Assembly: GCA_023898385.1 (NCBI GenBank)
Contig: CP060220.1
Coordinates: 1,228,993-1,292,992, forward strand
DNA length: 64,000 nucleotides
Direction: 5' to 3'
Source of the DNA: Pseudobdellovibrionaceae bacterium
GTDB taxonomy: Bacteria > Bdellovibrionota > Bdellovibrionia > Bdellovibrionales > UBA1609
Part shown: piece after piece, positions 27,523 to 37,096 of the stretch
How positions within the stretch are numbered: position 1 is the first letter of the stretch
Layout of the letters: every line of letters starts with the position of its first letter
Program-made: the position numbers and the translations under genes
Notes under the pieces: generated by a model
Told to the model about the DNA's origin: nothing
Seen by the model: the letters and a program-made list of their open reading frames with translations, nothing else
Databases searched by the model: none

Positions 27523-30500
27523 TTAGTAAAACCGCACGCGGTTAGGTGATGGATAATTAAGAGGCGCATCTAATACACCCAACTGCCCCTGGCTATTAGA
27601 GCCCCAGCAGCGAACACCTAGGTTGACAATAGCACACGTGTGCTCAGAACCCGATGCAAAGCCATTCATTGGCCCAAGGCCACCCACCAATTCCGGGTAC
27701 AAGGATCGATGGTCATAGCCTCCGAGCTGGCCTCGGCTGTTATTTCCAAAGCAGTACAGGCTGTTGCCACCACCTTCTGCACGACTGATGCAGGTGTGGT
27801 TGCGCCCCAAGCTTAGATCATTTGCATTCATTACAGGTGTTTTTGAAATGGCATCCAAAACATTCACGGGTTGGTCAGACTGATTGTCGTTTCCATTGCC
27901 CAGCTGCCCATCCCAACCGGCACCCCAGCATTGTACACTTCCATTACTAAGCTGCGCGCAGGTGTGATAATCGCCGGTTTCGACATTAGATGCCGAAGTC
28001 ATCACATGTTGAGCGTACAATTCATCCATATTGTTATTAACAATGCCTAGCTGGCCATTCTCGTTACCGCCCCAGCAGTAGAGGTTACTACTTTCATCTA
28101 AAGCACAGGTGTAATTGGAGCCGGCGGATATTTTTGTGATTTGTTCGAGCTCCACAAATCCACTATCTTGGGCCCAATACGTACCGGGGTATTGTTCCCA
28201 ATAATCATTCCCCATTCCGTTGGCAAAACGCCCTTGACGCTGCTGGCCCCAGCAGGTGACGCCTCTATCAAGGGTGGGAAATCCCCAAGCTCGGTCGGCC
28301 ACCAAACAGGTGTGATCACGACCAACGGCAATGTCCTGAACATCCGTAAACGGCTCCCCGCTGGAATTTCGCACTAATCTTGGTGGCGACCACTCGTTTT
28401 CGTTGGCGCCACCAATAGATAAATTTTGGAAGTGGTAATATCCGTCATATTGTACGCTGACTAAATCGTCATTGGGCCCGACAGCGACGGCATCCTGGGT
28501 CGACATGGATACGGAGTAATAAATGGGTGAGGGTTCGATGTTTTGGAAAACTCCCCCTGACCCCAGCGTCAACTTAAATATTTCACCGCCAGACGAATAG
28601 TAATTCAAAATATCTTTGATGCCATTTTTATCAATATCGACAAGCTCAATGGTTCCCGAATTAGAGCCAAGCTCAATGTCTCCGCGAAATATCAGATTTG
28701 CGCCATCAAAATTGTACATTTTGGCTCGGCGCTGGGAGTACTCATTAGTTTCCGCAATTATCTCGATGACGCCATCACCATCTAAATCATTGGCAAACAC
28801 TTTGCTGATCGTGCCCCCCAAATCATCCAGATACGTGCCGACAACATCTACTCCGCTTGATGCGTTGTCGATTCGATAAATTCTCAATTGATAACCAGAC
28901 GAGTGATATATGGCTGCCACGTTGAGCTTTCCATCTCGATCAAAATCAGACATTACCATCCCGTCAAGATGCCCGCCGCCGCCACCGCCAAGGTCAATGT
29001 TCAGTATATTATTGCCACTTGACCCAAAATATCCGGTCCCGTCATTTTCCTGAATGGATATATAATTTGACTGATTAAACACGAAATCCAAATCGCCGTC
29101 AGAATCAATATCGCCAACTTGATGAAGGCCGCCACTACTAACGCCACTAGAAGTAGCTGCGCCAAAAGTCCCATCACCATTTCCCGTGACCAATTTGAAG
29201 TTCGAGCCCGCTATTGCAGCAATATCATCAACCCCATCATTATTGAAGTCACCCACATGAAAATCCATCACTGAAGAGCCAAAAGCTACAGGTATGGATG
29301 AACCCAAATTCGAAAAAGGTGCCAATTTGACATAGGAACCCGAAATCCACGCGACATTTGGATTTCCATCTAACGTGATCGATCGATAAAAGTTCCCACC
29401 CGATTGAGGAATGGCCCCGCCAGAGGGATAGATTCCATAATTTCCGACACCCAGAATGCGATTATTGTTGTAGCCCCAGCAATAGGCTTCTTTTGTACCA
29501 AAATTATTTGTAATAGCGCAGCCATGATCATAGCCGAGATCCAGCTTCTCCACATTGCCGGGCACTGATCCCACGACCACTGGAGCTGTGGGATTATCTG
29601 CATTGTTTTGCAGAGGTGAATGACTCATACCTTGGCCCCAGCACACAATTTCAGAATTTAAGGTCGCTGATTGATATTTCGCCACACAACCGCCATTATC
29701 ATTGGCTGCCACTTTTGATAATATCTCGCCCGGATTCAATAGGGCTGGCAGCTCGCGATCAGGGTTTCGGTATTCTTTCACGGCCCGACTTCCTACCTGC
29801 CCCTCGGTGTCACTGCCCCAGCAGACAACACCTTGGCTTTCACTGACAGCACAGGCAAAGTCAGAGCCCACAGCTAAATGAGTGGCGTCATATAAACCCA
29901 CAACGAGTTTCGGAAACTTTTGATTTTGGCCATCGGTATGGCCTCGGCCCAATTGGCCACTCCAATTGGCCCCCCAGCAGTAAACTTCGCCTGAGGATTT
30001 TCTTGCACAAGAGAAATTTTCGCCCGACGCCACTTGGACTGCGCCCTTAAACTCAGTGCTATTTTCTTCTTTCAGAGCCGTGGCGTACAACTGATGGTTT
30101 GAGGACATGGTCGACAGAACCACAGCCGTTGGCCCGGCTGAATACATCTCCCCGGATTGGCTGTTTTCATTGGCGCCCCAGCACAAAATACCAGAGTCTT
30201 GCGCTAGCGCACAGGTGTGACGGCCGCCGGCAGAGAAGCTCACTATTCCAGTCAAATTGACGAGATCGTTGTCTTGAACGGCACGAGGAATATAATCTTC
30301 GCTGCCATATCCCCCGTCACCAAATTGCCCCTCATAGTTTCCACCCCAGCACTTCACTGAGCTATCTTGAGCCATGAGTGCGCAAATATGCGAGTCACCC
30401 ACCGCAACCTTTAAGGCTTTTCCTGACAAAGAGTTCACTTTCTCAGGCACCCCGTGACTGGCCCAATTAGATGTATCTTGAGAATACAAGTAGCCCCAGC

Positions 30501-31005
30501 AATACACATCGCCCGACTCGTCCACCGCGCAACTGGCCTTATCACCCACATCTAAAGATATGACCCGTTCTAGACCTGCCACTTTTACCGGCTTGGAATA
30601 TCGATCTGGAAGCGTGGCTTGACCTACCTCACCACTGCCACTTTCGCCCCAACAGAAAATTTCTTTTGTATCGGTCAGCGCGCAAACATGGTGTTCGCCA
30701 ATACTGATCTGACTCACTCCTAGTGTGTTTAGAGTTTGTAGCGGAGCTAGCTCTACTGGCTCAGAGGAGTAATCGCTCAATTTATCATTGTGGCGACCGA
30801 TGATTTCACCCCAGTTAGATCCCCAACAGTAGGCCATTCGGTCTTCGGTCACCACGCAAGCCGTTCGGTCACCCGCCACCAGAGACTTCACTTTCACGGA
30901 TTGAGAGAACTGGGTCCCAAAGGTTGGAACCACATTCTCGCAGGCGCCAAAAAGAAGCGGCGCTAACAGCATCCCAAAAAGACGGGCAAAGTATTTTTTA
31001 TTCAC
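27523..31005 (-). CDS. giant lipoprotein: RCC1-like repeats flanking an FG-GAP/VCBS repeat block
   Basis: Lipobox LLFGAC. There are at least 9 N-terminal and 5 C-terminal repeats of the RCC1 signature (YCWGSN..G, CWGANWSGQLGRG, CWGGNENGQLG, RCWGSNSQGQLG). The central repeats DFNNDGVDD, DIDSDGDLD, DFDRDGKLN, DLDGDGVIE and DIDKNGIKD are FG-GAP type. Confidence 0.8.
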   Translation of the reverse strand: MNKKYFARLFGMLLAPLLFGACENVVPTFGTQFSQSVKVKSLVAGDRTACVVTEDRMAYCWGSNWGEIIGRHNDKLSDYSSEPVELAPLQTLNTLGVSQISIGEHHVCALTDTKEIFCWGESGSGEVGQATLPDRYSKPVKVAGLERVISLDVGDKASCAVDESGDVYCWGYLYSQDTSNWASHGVPEKVNSLSGKALKVAVGDSHICALMAQDSSVKCWGGNYEGQFGDGGYGSEDYIPRAVQDNDLVNLTGIVSFSAGGRHTCALAQDSGILCWGANENSQSGEMYSAGPTAVVLSTMSSNHQLYATALKEENSTEFKGAVQVASGENFSCARKSSGEVYCWGANWSGQLGRGHTDGQNQKFPKLVVGLYDATHLAVGSDFACAVSESQGVVCWGSDTEGQVGSRAVKEYRNPDRELPALLNPGEILSKVAANDNGGCVAKYQSATLNSEIVCWGQGMSHSPLQNNADNPTAPVVVGSVPGNVEKLDLGYDHGCAITNNFGTKEAYCWGYNNNRILGVGNYGIYPSGGAIPQSGGNFYRSITLDGNPNVAWISGSYVKLAPFSNLGSSIPVAFGSSVMDFHVGDFNNDGVDDIAAIAGSNFKLVTGNGDGTFGAATSSGVSSGGLHQVGDIDSDGDLDFVFNQSNYISIQENDGTGYFGSSGNNILNIDLGGGGGGHLDGMVMSDFDRDGKLNVAAIYHSSGYQLRIYRIDNASSGVDVVGTYLDDLGGTISKVFANDLDGDGVIEIIAETNEYSQRRAKMYNFDGANLIFRGDIELGSNSGTIELVDIDKNGIKDILNYYSSGGEIFKLTLGSGGVFQNIEPSPIYYSVSMSTQDAVAVGPNDDLVSVQYDGYYHFQNLSIGGANENEWSPPRLVRNSSGEPFTDVQDIAVGRDHTCLVADRAWGFPTLDRGVTCWGQQRQGRFANGMGNDYWEQYPGTYWAQDSGFVELEQITKISAGSNYTCALDESSNLYCWGGNENGQLGIVNNNMDELYAQHVMTSASNVETGDYHTCAQLSNGSVQCWGAGWDGQLGNGNDNQSDQPVNVLDAISKTPVMNANDLSLGRNHTCISRAEGGGNSLYCFGNNSRGQLGGYDHRSLYPELVGGLGPMNGFASGSEHTCAIVNLGVRCWGSNSQGQLGVLDAPLNYPSPNRVRFY

Positions 31006-31274
31006 GATGATAACCTCTTGTTCATAAGTTCAAATCACGTACTCACTCAACATTTTTGACCCCGATGTGATTGCTAGTTGTACGCACTTTGGCCTAGATA
31101 CTTGTCGGCTACTCACTCATCAACTTTAGTCTTAGGGATGAAAATCCAGAAAAAATGACGCGCTCGAATTGATTTCGAGCCAATTTGAGACAAAGGGTCT
31201 CAGTCCGACACATGCCGACATGCATTGAGCACATTCTCGCAACATCTGGGTTGTTTTAATTTGATACGGGAGGT

Positions 31275-31634
31275 TTAAAGCTTTAAATACTTTTTCAACT
31301 TTGCCTTAACAGCGATTTGGTCTTTTTTTTCTAAGTGGCCCACCTTTTTTTTGATGAGACCCTCGTCCAAGGTGAAGAGCTTCATTCTCACCTTACATGG
31401 CACGTAGAGACCTGATTTCTCCAAGTCAGAGATGGGTACGTCAAATTTCCAAGTGGCGTTGACTGCACTGGTGATCATGGCCAGTGTTCTTGTCTTCTGA
31501 TCAGACTCTGATATCACCAATGCCGGTCGATTTTTTGTCTCGCGTTTGTCTGTGAAAGGAAATGGGACCACGACAATATCAAATATTTTGTAAGTGCTCA
31601 AAGGCTTCCTCGTCTTCCTGTGAGTTCCACTCAT
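31275..31634 (-). CDS. mazF: PemK/MazF-family toxin
   Basis: IFDIVVVPFPFTDKRETKNRPALVISE is the MazF N-terminal signature. The true start may be the TTG giving MSTYKIFD, which would shorten the overlap with mazE. Confidence 0.8.
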   Translation of the reverse strand: MSGTHRKTRKPLSTYKIFDIVVVPFPFTDKRETKNRPALVISESDQKTRTLAMITSAVNATWKFDVPISDLEKSGLYVPCKVRMKLFTLDEGLIKKKVGHLEKKDQIAVKAKLKKYLKL

Positions 31635-31812
31635 CTAGCAGATCTGATACAGCCGAATGCCACTGCAGGTCCAGGCCTTGAGCCTTTCGAACCACCACTT
31701 TGTCGTTCTCAATCTCATACACAATGGAATCCCCTGGACCCACAGCCAGAAATTCTCGAATTTCTTTAGGCACGCTCGCTTGATTTTTTGAAGTCAGCTT
31801 AACAGGTTTCAT
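31579..31812 (-). CDS. mazE: AbrB/MazE/SpoVT-family antitoxin
   Basis: MKPVKLTSKNQASVPKEIREFLAVGPGDSIVYEIENDKVVVRKA (SpoVT-AbrB swapped-hairpin domain). Confidence 0.8.
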   Translation of the reverse strand: MKPVKLTSKNQASVPKEIREFLAVGPGDSIVYEIENDKVVVRKAQGLDLQWHSAVSDLLDEWNSQEDEEAFEHLQNI

Positions 31813-31824
31813 TTGGCCATGGTA

Positions 31825-31841
31825 TTACAGTATTACTGTAA
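31825..31841. promoter_or_regulatory. perfect palindrome TTACAGTA-T-TACTGTAA inside a TTGACA-N17-TACCAT promoter (mazEF operator)
   Basis: The minus strand reads ttgacattacagtaatactgtaataccatggccaaATG. Confidence 0.55.
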
Positions 31842-31872
31842 TGTCAATCCAGCCCATTTAAAAAGAAGATAT

Positions 31873-33729
31873 TTATGAAGCCACTTTCACTTTATCGGCG
31901 GATTCGGCTTCGTAATCAGAGTACTCCGTTTGCACTCGAACTTCTTCGCCGTTTTCGATATAGCCGCGAACTTTAAATAGCGTGAGAGGCTTACTTTTAC
32001 CCTTCACTTCGGCAGATCCTGCCTTTTCTAAAATAAACTCTTCGTGGACGGTGTCGGCAATTTCATCGCTCAAAAGTAAATCCGCACCAAAAGCTTTTGT
32101 TGAGGCTTCAATACGGGCCGCCTGGTTCACGGCATCCCCGATCACCGTGTACTCCATGCGCTCATCAGAGCCAATGGTACCAGAAATTACATACCCCGTG
32201 TGAAGACCCATACCGATTTTCAATGGCACTTCGCCTCGAGCGGTTCTAATTTTATTCAGCTCACCAAGGGCTCTTCGCATTTCTACACAGGCCCTAACGG
32301 CATTGTAAGAGTCTCGATCTGTGGGCTCTGGAGCGCCCCAAACAGCCATGATGGCATCACCCACAAACTTGTCCACCACACCCTTATGACGGTTAATAAT
32401 TCCCACCATGATTTGGAAATACTCGTTTAACATTTCCACAACTTGTTCTGGAGTGTGACCTTCACTGAATTTTGTAAAGTCACGAATATCACTAAAAAAC
32501 ACGGTCACTTTCTTTCGGCTTCCACCCAGTTGTAAATCACCTTTTAACATATCTTCAGCTACACTGGAGCCATGGAACTTATTTAGAACGTTTTTCATCT
32601 TGTCCCGCTCTTGCAGACCCAAGACCATCTCGTCAAATGCAGAAGACAACTGCCCTACTTCATCCCAAGAACGCACATTTGACTGCACAGAAAAGTCCCC
32701 TTGGGCTACTTTCTTGGCCGCATCCACTAGCCGCTCAATGGGTGATGTCAGCGTCAGCGAAAAAACGAAAATCACGAAAATCGCCGCCGACAAACCCCAG
32801 CCAGTAAACTTAATAGACGACCGCTTCACACTGCGGGCCACTGCGAGAAAGCTATCTTTTGAAGCCTGCACCACCACGATTGGACCAATAGCCGTTCGTG
32901 AATAAGCCGCTGTGTATTCTTTGCCCTCTTCTTCGATATCTTGTTGCTGAGATTTTGCCTCGGGATTTTTAAGGGCACGAGCCACCACACCCACTTCAGC
33001 CATGGACTTCATATCAAAAACCCACTCCTCTTCAGGGTGAGCCAACAATCGGCCGTCTTTGTCGACCAAATAACTCCAACGAACATCTTTTTTTCGAAAC
33101 ACCTTTTGTAGGCCATCCATACGAATGTTGGCCACAGCAATATGACTCACGTTATTGTAATCATCTTTTATAAAGGGGATGCCCACTGTAAATAACGGAG
33201 CACCATTTTTTAACGAAGCATTGCGAATCTCAATGGAGCCAGCAAACACGGCCGCTTCATGGAACGTCTTATATTGTTTCTGGTAGGCCTTGATTTGATC
33301 TATATAGTTAGCGCCCAAATTATAACGCTTAAGGAATTCTTCATTCACCACTCGAACAGGATCTTTACCATCTTTAGTAATAACCTCCACCGAAACCAAG
33401 TCATTGTCCCGACGAAACGTAAGGTCGAGGGCCTCAGATGACTTCTTACCCGATGTGGCCATTTGCTGCACCAGGGTGGCAATCACCTTTATTTTATCCA
33501 CATAACTGACAAACAAGCGCTCCACATCGTCAGCGCGAGCCCCGGCCTGAGCAATATTGGTCTGTTTTTGCGACTGCACAAACTCGGCCTCAAACTGCTG
33601 CACCGATTTTAGTGCAATGGGCACAGCCACTGCGGCCACGATCGCCATGGTTAGAGTGATTAACTTAAACGAAATTGGAATGTTGATATGCGCTTTGTGT
33701 TTCACAAGCCTTTGTTCGGACGGCCACAC
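31873..33729 (-). CDS. membrane-bound class III adenylate/guanylate cyclase (periplasmic sensor-HAMP-cyclase)
   Basis: Two TM segments bracket a ~270-aa extracytoplasmic domain. This is followed by a HAMP (PIERLVDAAKKVAQGDFS) and a cyclase domain (VTVFFSDIRDFTKFSE, GDAIMAVWGAP, IGMGLHTGYVISGTIGS). Confidence 0.85.
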   Translation of the reverse strand: MWPSEQRLVKHKAHINIPISFKLITLTMAIVAAVAVPIALKSVQQFEAEFVQSQKQTNIAQAGARADDVERLFVSYVDKIKVIATLVQQMATSGKKSSEALDLTFRRDNDLVSVEVITKDGKDPVRVVNEEFLKRYNLGANYIDQIKAYQKQYKTFHEAAVFAGSIEIRNASLKNGAPLFTVGIPFIKDDYNNVSHIAVANIRMDGLQKVFRKKDVRWSYLVDKDGRLLAHPEEEWVFDMKSMAEVGVVARALKNPEAKSQQQDIEEEGKEYTAAYSRTAIGPIVVVQASKDSFLAVARSVKRSSIKFTGWGLSAAIFVIFVFSLTLTSPIERLVDAAKKVAQGDFSVQSNVRSWDEVGQLSSAFDEMVLGLQERDKMKNVLNKFHGSSVAEDMLKGDLQLGGSRKKVTVFFSDIRDFTKFSEGHTPEQVVEMLNEYFQIMVGIINRHKGVVDKFVGDAIMAVWGAPEPTDRDSYNAVRACVEMRRALGELNKIRTARGEVPLKIGMGLHTGYVISGTIGSDERMEYTVIGDAVNQAARIEASTKAFGADLLLSDEIADTVHEEFILEKAGSAEVKGKSKPLTLFKVRGYIENGEEVRVQTEYSDYEAESADKVKVAS

Positions 33730-33851
33730 CCACAGCCTGAGGCCAGTTATTGAGATTTAGACCTATGATGAGTCTGGATTTAACAGCCATCTAATTTGAC
33801 TCGACTTAAGTTATGGCCTTTAATGGGAAAAGCTTAGCATTTGGAGGGCCA

Positions 33852-34928
33852 ATGAGATATTCCGCCAGTAAATTAAGTAAGATCTTCTCTGCCTCTGAAA
33901 ATCTCCTTTCCGCTGAAGAAATCCTAGAAGCCGTGAAAAACAACGGGCTCCCCATGCCGCCTGCAGGCAGCAAATCCTGGACGGTAGATCAGGTACCTCG
34001 CCTTGGTGAAAAACTGGGCTATCTCCACCGCCCCCTTCGCCCCCAAGTATTTTGCTTTTTCGTAACCAAGGGAGGGGTTCTTAAAAGTTCTCTCACCTTA
34101 AACTTCGCCCGAATTTTAGCACTTCATAATATTAAGACCTGTGTGGTGGGTCTTGATATGCAAGGGGACATCACCACATCCTTGGGTTACGACTTAAATC
34201 TTGAAAGCGATCTCGACCTTGAAGAAGCCCTTCAGCGTATCGGCAGCGTACGAGGCCTGCCCGACCTATTTTATGGTAACGTTGAGCTCAATGAGATAGT
34301 GCTACCCACAGAGCTGCCCTCTTTATATTTTATTCCTGAAACACCTGAGTTAGTTTCACTAGAAAGAAATCTCACTTACAGAAACCGGCGGGAGTTCTGG
34401 CTAAAAGACTTTGTTGTAGACCCGCTTAAAGAACAATTCGACGTGATTCTTTTAGACGGCCCACCCAACTGGAACCAACTGATCACAAATGCTTTGGTGA
34501 GCTGTGACCACTTGATTTCGCCCCTTGAGTGTAAAATCAATAACTTCCGTAATTTCAAAATGTTCGAGACCTTTATTAAAGATTTCCAAAGGGATCTCAA
34601 GCTTCAACTAAACCATATGTTTATACCCACTCGACTCAACCCCAATCGAAAATTGAGCCGCGAAATCAATGATTGGTACCACGATAATCTTACTGGTTGT
34701 GTTGTTGGCGCTATTCGCGAGAGCACCCAAGGCGAGGAGGCGACAGCCATGCACCTGTCTGTTGCTGAATACGCCCCTTCCTCACAGGCCGCCCTTGAGA
34801 TGAAGGACATCGTTGCACAGGTTTGGAAGTCAGCTGAGGCAACCATAAATGGCCTAGACAAAACTTTGCAATCTCACTCGCACCCGTCGCAACAAGAACA
34901 GACCAATACTATTGAAGGAGGTCTATAG
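33852..34928 (+). CDS. ParA/MinD-superfamily ATPase with N-terminal extension
   Basis: Deviant Walker A FFVTKGGVLKSSLTLNFA; VVGLDMQGD; ILLDGPPNWN. Start uncertain: track 33813, MRYSAS at 33852. Confidence 0.7.
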   Translation: MRYSASKLSKIFSASENLLSAEEILEAVKNNGLPMPPAGSKSWTVDQVPRLGEKLGYLHRPLRPQVFCFFVTKGGVLKSSLTLNFARILALHNIKTCVVGLDMQGDITTSLGYDLNLESDLDLEEALQRIGSVRGLPDLFYGNVELNEIVLPTELPSLYFIPETPELVSLERNLTYRNRREFWLKDFVVDPLKEQFDVILLDGPPNWNQLITNALVSCDHLISPLECKINNFRNFKMFETFIKDFQRDLKLQLNHMFIPTRLNPNRKLSREINDWYHDNLTGCVVGAIRESTQGEEATAMHLSVAEYAPSSQAALEMKDIVAQVWKSAEATINGLDKTLQSHSHPSQQEQTNTIEGGL

Positions 34929-35425
34929 TGGCGTTGGGATTAAATGACTTAAATCGCGGCAAAAAAAATAAGACCGCCGACCCGAAAAAATCATCAAAGA
35001 ATCAAAGTTCAACCCGTAAGGCGGAGTCTTCGACTGCGGGTGAACTAAAAAAAGTTGTGACCACTAAAAACTCGGCGGGCCCATATGCACCCCCACCCAG
35101 CCCCACCTCCCATGAGCCCCGTGCTGCGGCCAGAGAAATGAAAAAACCCTGGCAAAACCCTGAACCAGATACCCACATTGAAATGACAATGCCCGAGGCC
35201 AACGACCCCGCCTCTAAAGCAGCGGCTTCGCCCGACCTGCAAGATGCGGCGGAGTCGGTGATCGATGAGCTCATCGCTGAGGGCGTAATGGCCCTCACCA
35301 AGGGGTTTTTGGGATTCGGACAGTGGATTCACTCCATTGAAGTGCAACCGCGCCTGAGGATTCCCGTACCGCCAGTATTTACGCAAAGAGAAGTTACGCG
35401 CCCCTCCAAAAACAGCAAAAAGTAG
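34928..35425 (+). CDS. Pro/Ala/Lys-rich, predicted disordered protein coupled to the ParA-like gene
   Basis: The GTG start overlaps the upstream stop (taTAGTGg) with a GGAGG RBS. The composition is strongly low-complexity. Confidence 0.5.
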   Translation: MALGLNDLNRGKKNKTADPKKSSKNQSSTRKAESSTAGELKKVVTTKNSAGPYAPPPSPTSHEPRAAAREMKKPWQNPEPDTHIEMTMPEANDPASKAAASPDLQDAAESVIDELIAEGVMALTKGFLGFGQWIHSIEVQPRLRIPVPPVFTQREVTRPSKNSKK

Positions 35426-35498
35426 AAACACTTGACTTGGAGCAGTAATTTGCTGATAAACACAACCTCGCCGCAAGGCTGGTTTTGGAGGATTTGGA

Positions 35499-35681
35499 AT
35501 GGCTAAGAAAAAAGGCAAAATCAGAATTATCACCCTAGAATGCACAGAGGCTCGAAAAGAAGGCAAGCCGCCAAGCCGCTACACCACAAAGAAGAACACT
35601 CAAACTCATCCTGAGCGTTTAGAAAAGAAGAAATACAATCCCTTTCTTCGAAAACACACTCTTCACCGCGAAATCAAGTAA
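35499..35681 (+). CDS. rpmG: 50S ribosomal protein L33
   Basis: [22 protein letters not shown]...YTTKKN...[23 protein letters not shown]. Confidence 0.9.
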   Translation: MAKKKGKIRIITLECTEARKEGKPPSRYTTKKNTQTHPERLEKKKYNPFLRKHTLHREIK

Positions 35682-35719
35682 GCTTTCTTTGTCTTGATCG
35701 CGGGAAATGCCGCTCTTAT

Positions 35720-36523
35720 TTAGAGGCAGCGGCTTTCGTGTCCCACGCCAAACACTGTTACCTCCCAAAGTAGCTCAGCTGCTGGGGCCGCTGTTCGCGT
35801 GAGGGGATCAATCGCCAGTCGATCCGTACTCACCGCCTGCAACGTGAGTGCACCATCTCGGTATTCGCCCTTGGGGCCCGGATGATTTCGCTTCACACAA
35901 GCGGGGTCCACATTAATCACCTCACCTTTATTTAAAGCATCGGGCAAAAACAAAACACTTAGTTTTTTTAGCGGGATTTCACCTGGTTTTGGCGAGTCAC
36001 TCATCGTAAAAATGGGTACGCCTTGCAGACTTGAGCGATTAAGAGCCTTGAGCTTACTTGCATAATCTCTGGCAAAATGAATGCGCCCATTGATTTCCAG
36101 CATGGCCCCAGGTGAGTGTTCTTCGTTGGCCACCAAAAGCACAAACGACTTTGGTGTTTTCCATTGATGGGGTGTCAGCGCCGTTAAACCCTCTTCGACT
36201 CCAAGAATATCCACAGAACTTCGGTCAAGAAGACTATCAAAGCCCGCCAGATGCCTCAGCACCTCGCCGCTGCTGTAATCAAAAACTCGGTCCGCCACCG
36301 TCAGGTCCAATCGCCCCTGTTTCGGTATAGTCTCACTATCTAGTCTTGCCGACGTTTCACTCTCCTCTGCCTTGGCTTGCGCTGCCCCCGCCTCTGACAA
36401 CAAAGCACTGGTACTATCTGGTCTAATAAAAAAACCAAAACCACCACAGCCTTGATGTATAAAGGGAAAGGACAGAACGACAAATAACCAAGGTAGAGAC
36501 CACGTACGAAAGTACGCCACCAT
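35720..36523 (-). CDS. hypothetical exported protein (possible lipoprotein)
   Basis: Internal start MVAYFRTWSLPWLFVVLSFPFIHQGC. No motif recognised. Confidence 0.55.
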   Translation of the reverse strand: MVAYFRTWSLPWLFVVLSFPFIHQGCGGFGFFIRPDSTSALLSEAGAAQAKAEESETSARLDSETIPKQGRLDLTVADRVFDYSSGEVLRHLAGFDSLLDRSSVDILGVEEGLTALTPHQWKTPKSFVLLVANEEHSPGAMLEINGRIHFARDYASKLKALNRSSLQGVPIFTMSDSPKPGEIPLKKLSVLFLPDALNKGEVINVDPACVKRNHPGPKGEYRDGALTLQAVSTDRLAIDPLTRTAAPAAELLWEVTVFGVGHESRCL

Positions 36524-36654
36524 AAATCCCTCCTCGTTTTCAAACCTATATTTGTGCAAGGGTTAGGCCCGCCAAAGCCCGCTTTTTGCGTTAAAATTCT
36601 GGTCCAAGTGTCAATTGGCCACATTCTATACAAAAAATGACCCATTGCGACATA

Positions 36655-36993
36655 CGATTCTGTGCCAGGCCCTAAATCGGGTCACAGGGCGTCAAGATGG
36701 CGACATCCAAGGAGAGCGGCGATGCCAGCATCACGATGTGCATGGCGCATTGATTTGATGTAGAGACAACAGAGGTTGTCGAACAGCAAATCAATGAACT
36801 CAAGTTCGAGCGCTGGTGCGTCCGTGCCAATTGCACGGCGCAGAAGGGTTCGAACATTCCTTATATGGGGTTGCGGCACGAAAGTGACGCAATCCGAAGA
36901 CGACATGCGGCCACTCGTGCCGCTGGCATCGCCGCGCTCCTTGGATGTCGCCACCTTGACGCCCTGTGACCCGATTTAGGACCTGGTACCGAA
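36655..36993. repeat. ~340-bp GC-rich long-hairpin element (MITE-like; possibly a structured RNA)
   Basis: The arm at 36665-36729 is the near-perfect reverse complement of 36922-36986: a core CCAGGyCCTAAATCGGGTCACAGGGCGTCAAGrTGGCGACATCCAAGGAGmGCGGCGATGCCAGC, 65 nt with 3 mismatches. Weaker pairing extends both outward and inward. The ~160-nt centre holds three further hairpins, including a GAAA tetraloop. Confidence 0.7.
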
Positions 36994-37096
36994 AAGCTCA
37001 ACCTATTGGCCCCTTTTTCCGATCAAGAGCGCGAAGGGGACTGCTTTAAATTTCAAGAGACCCCGTTACGGCAAAAAACCGTTGAAAGGTTAAACT

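Noticed and set aside
36672-36979. ORFs 36672..36857, 36682..36954 and 36776..36979 as possible transposase remnants
   Set aside because: Their ends are translations of the two arms of one inverted repeat (both end ...LDVA.LTPCDPI). No transposase motif was recognised, so they are treated as artefacts of the hairpin element.
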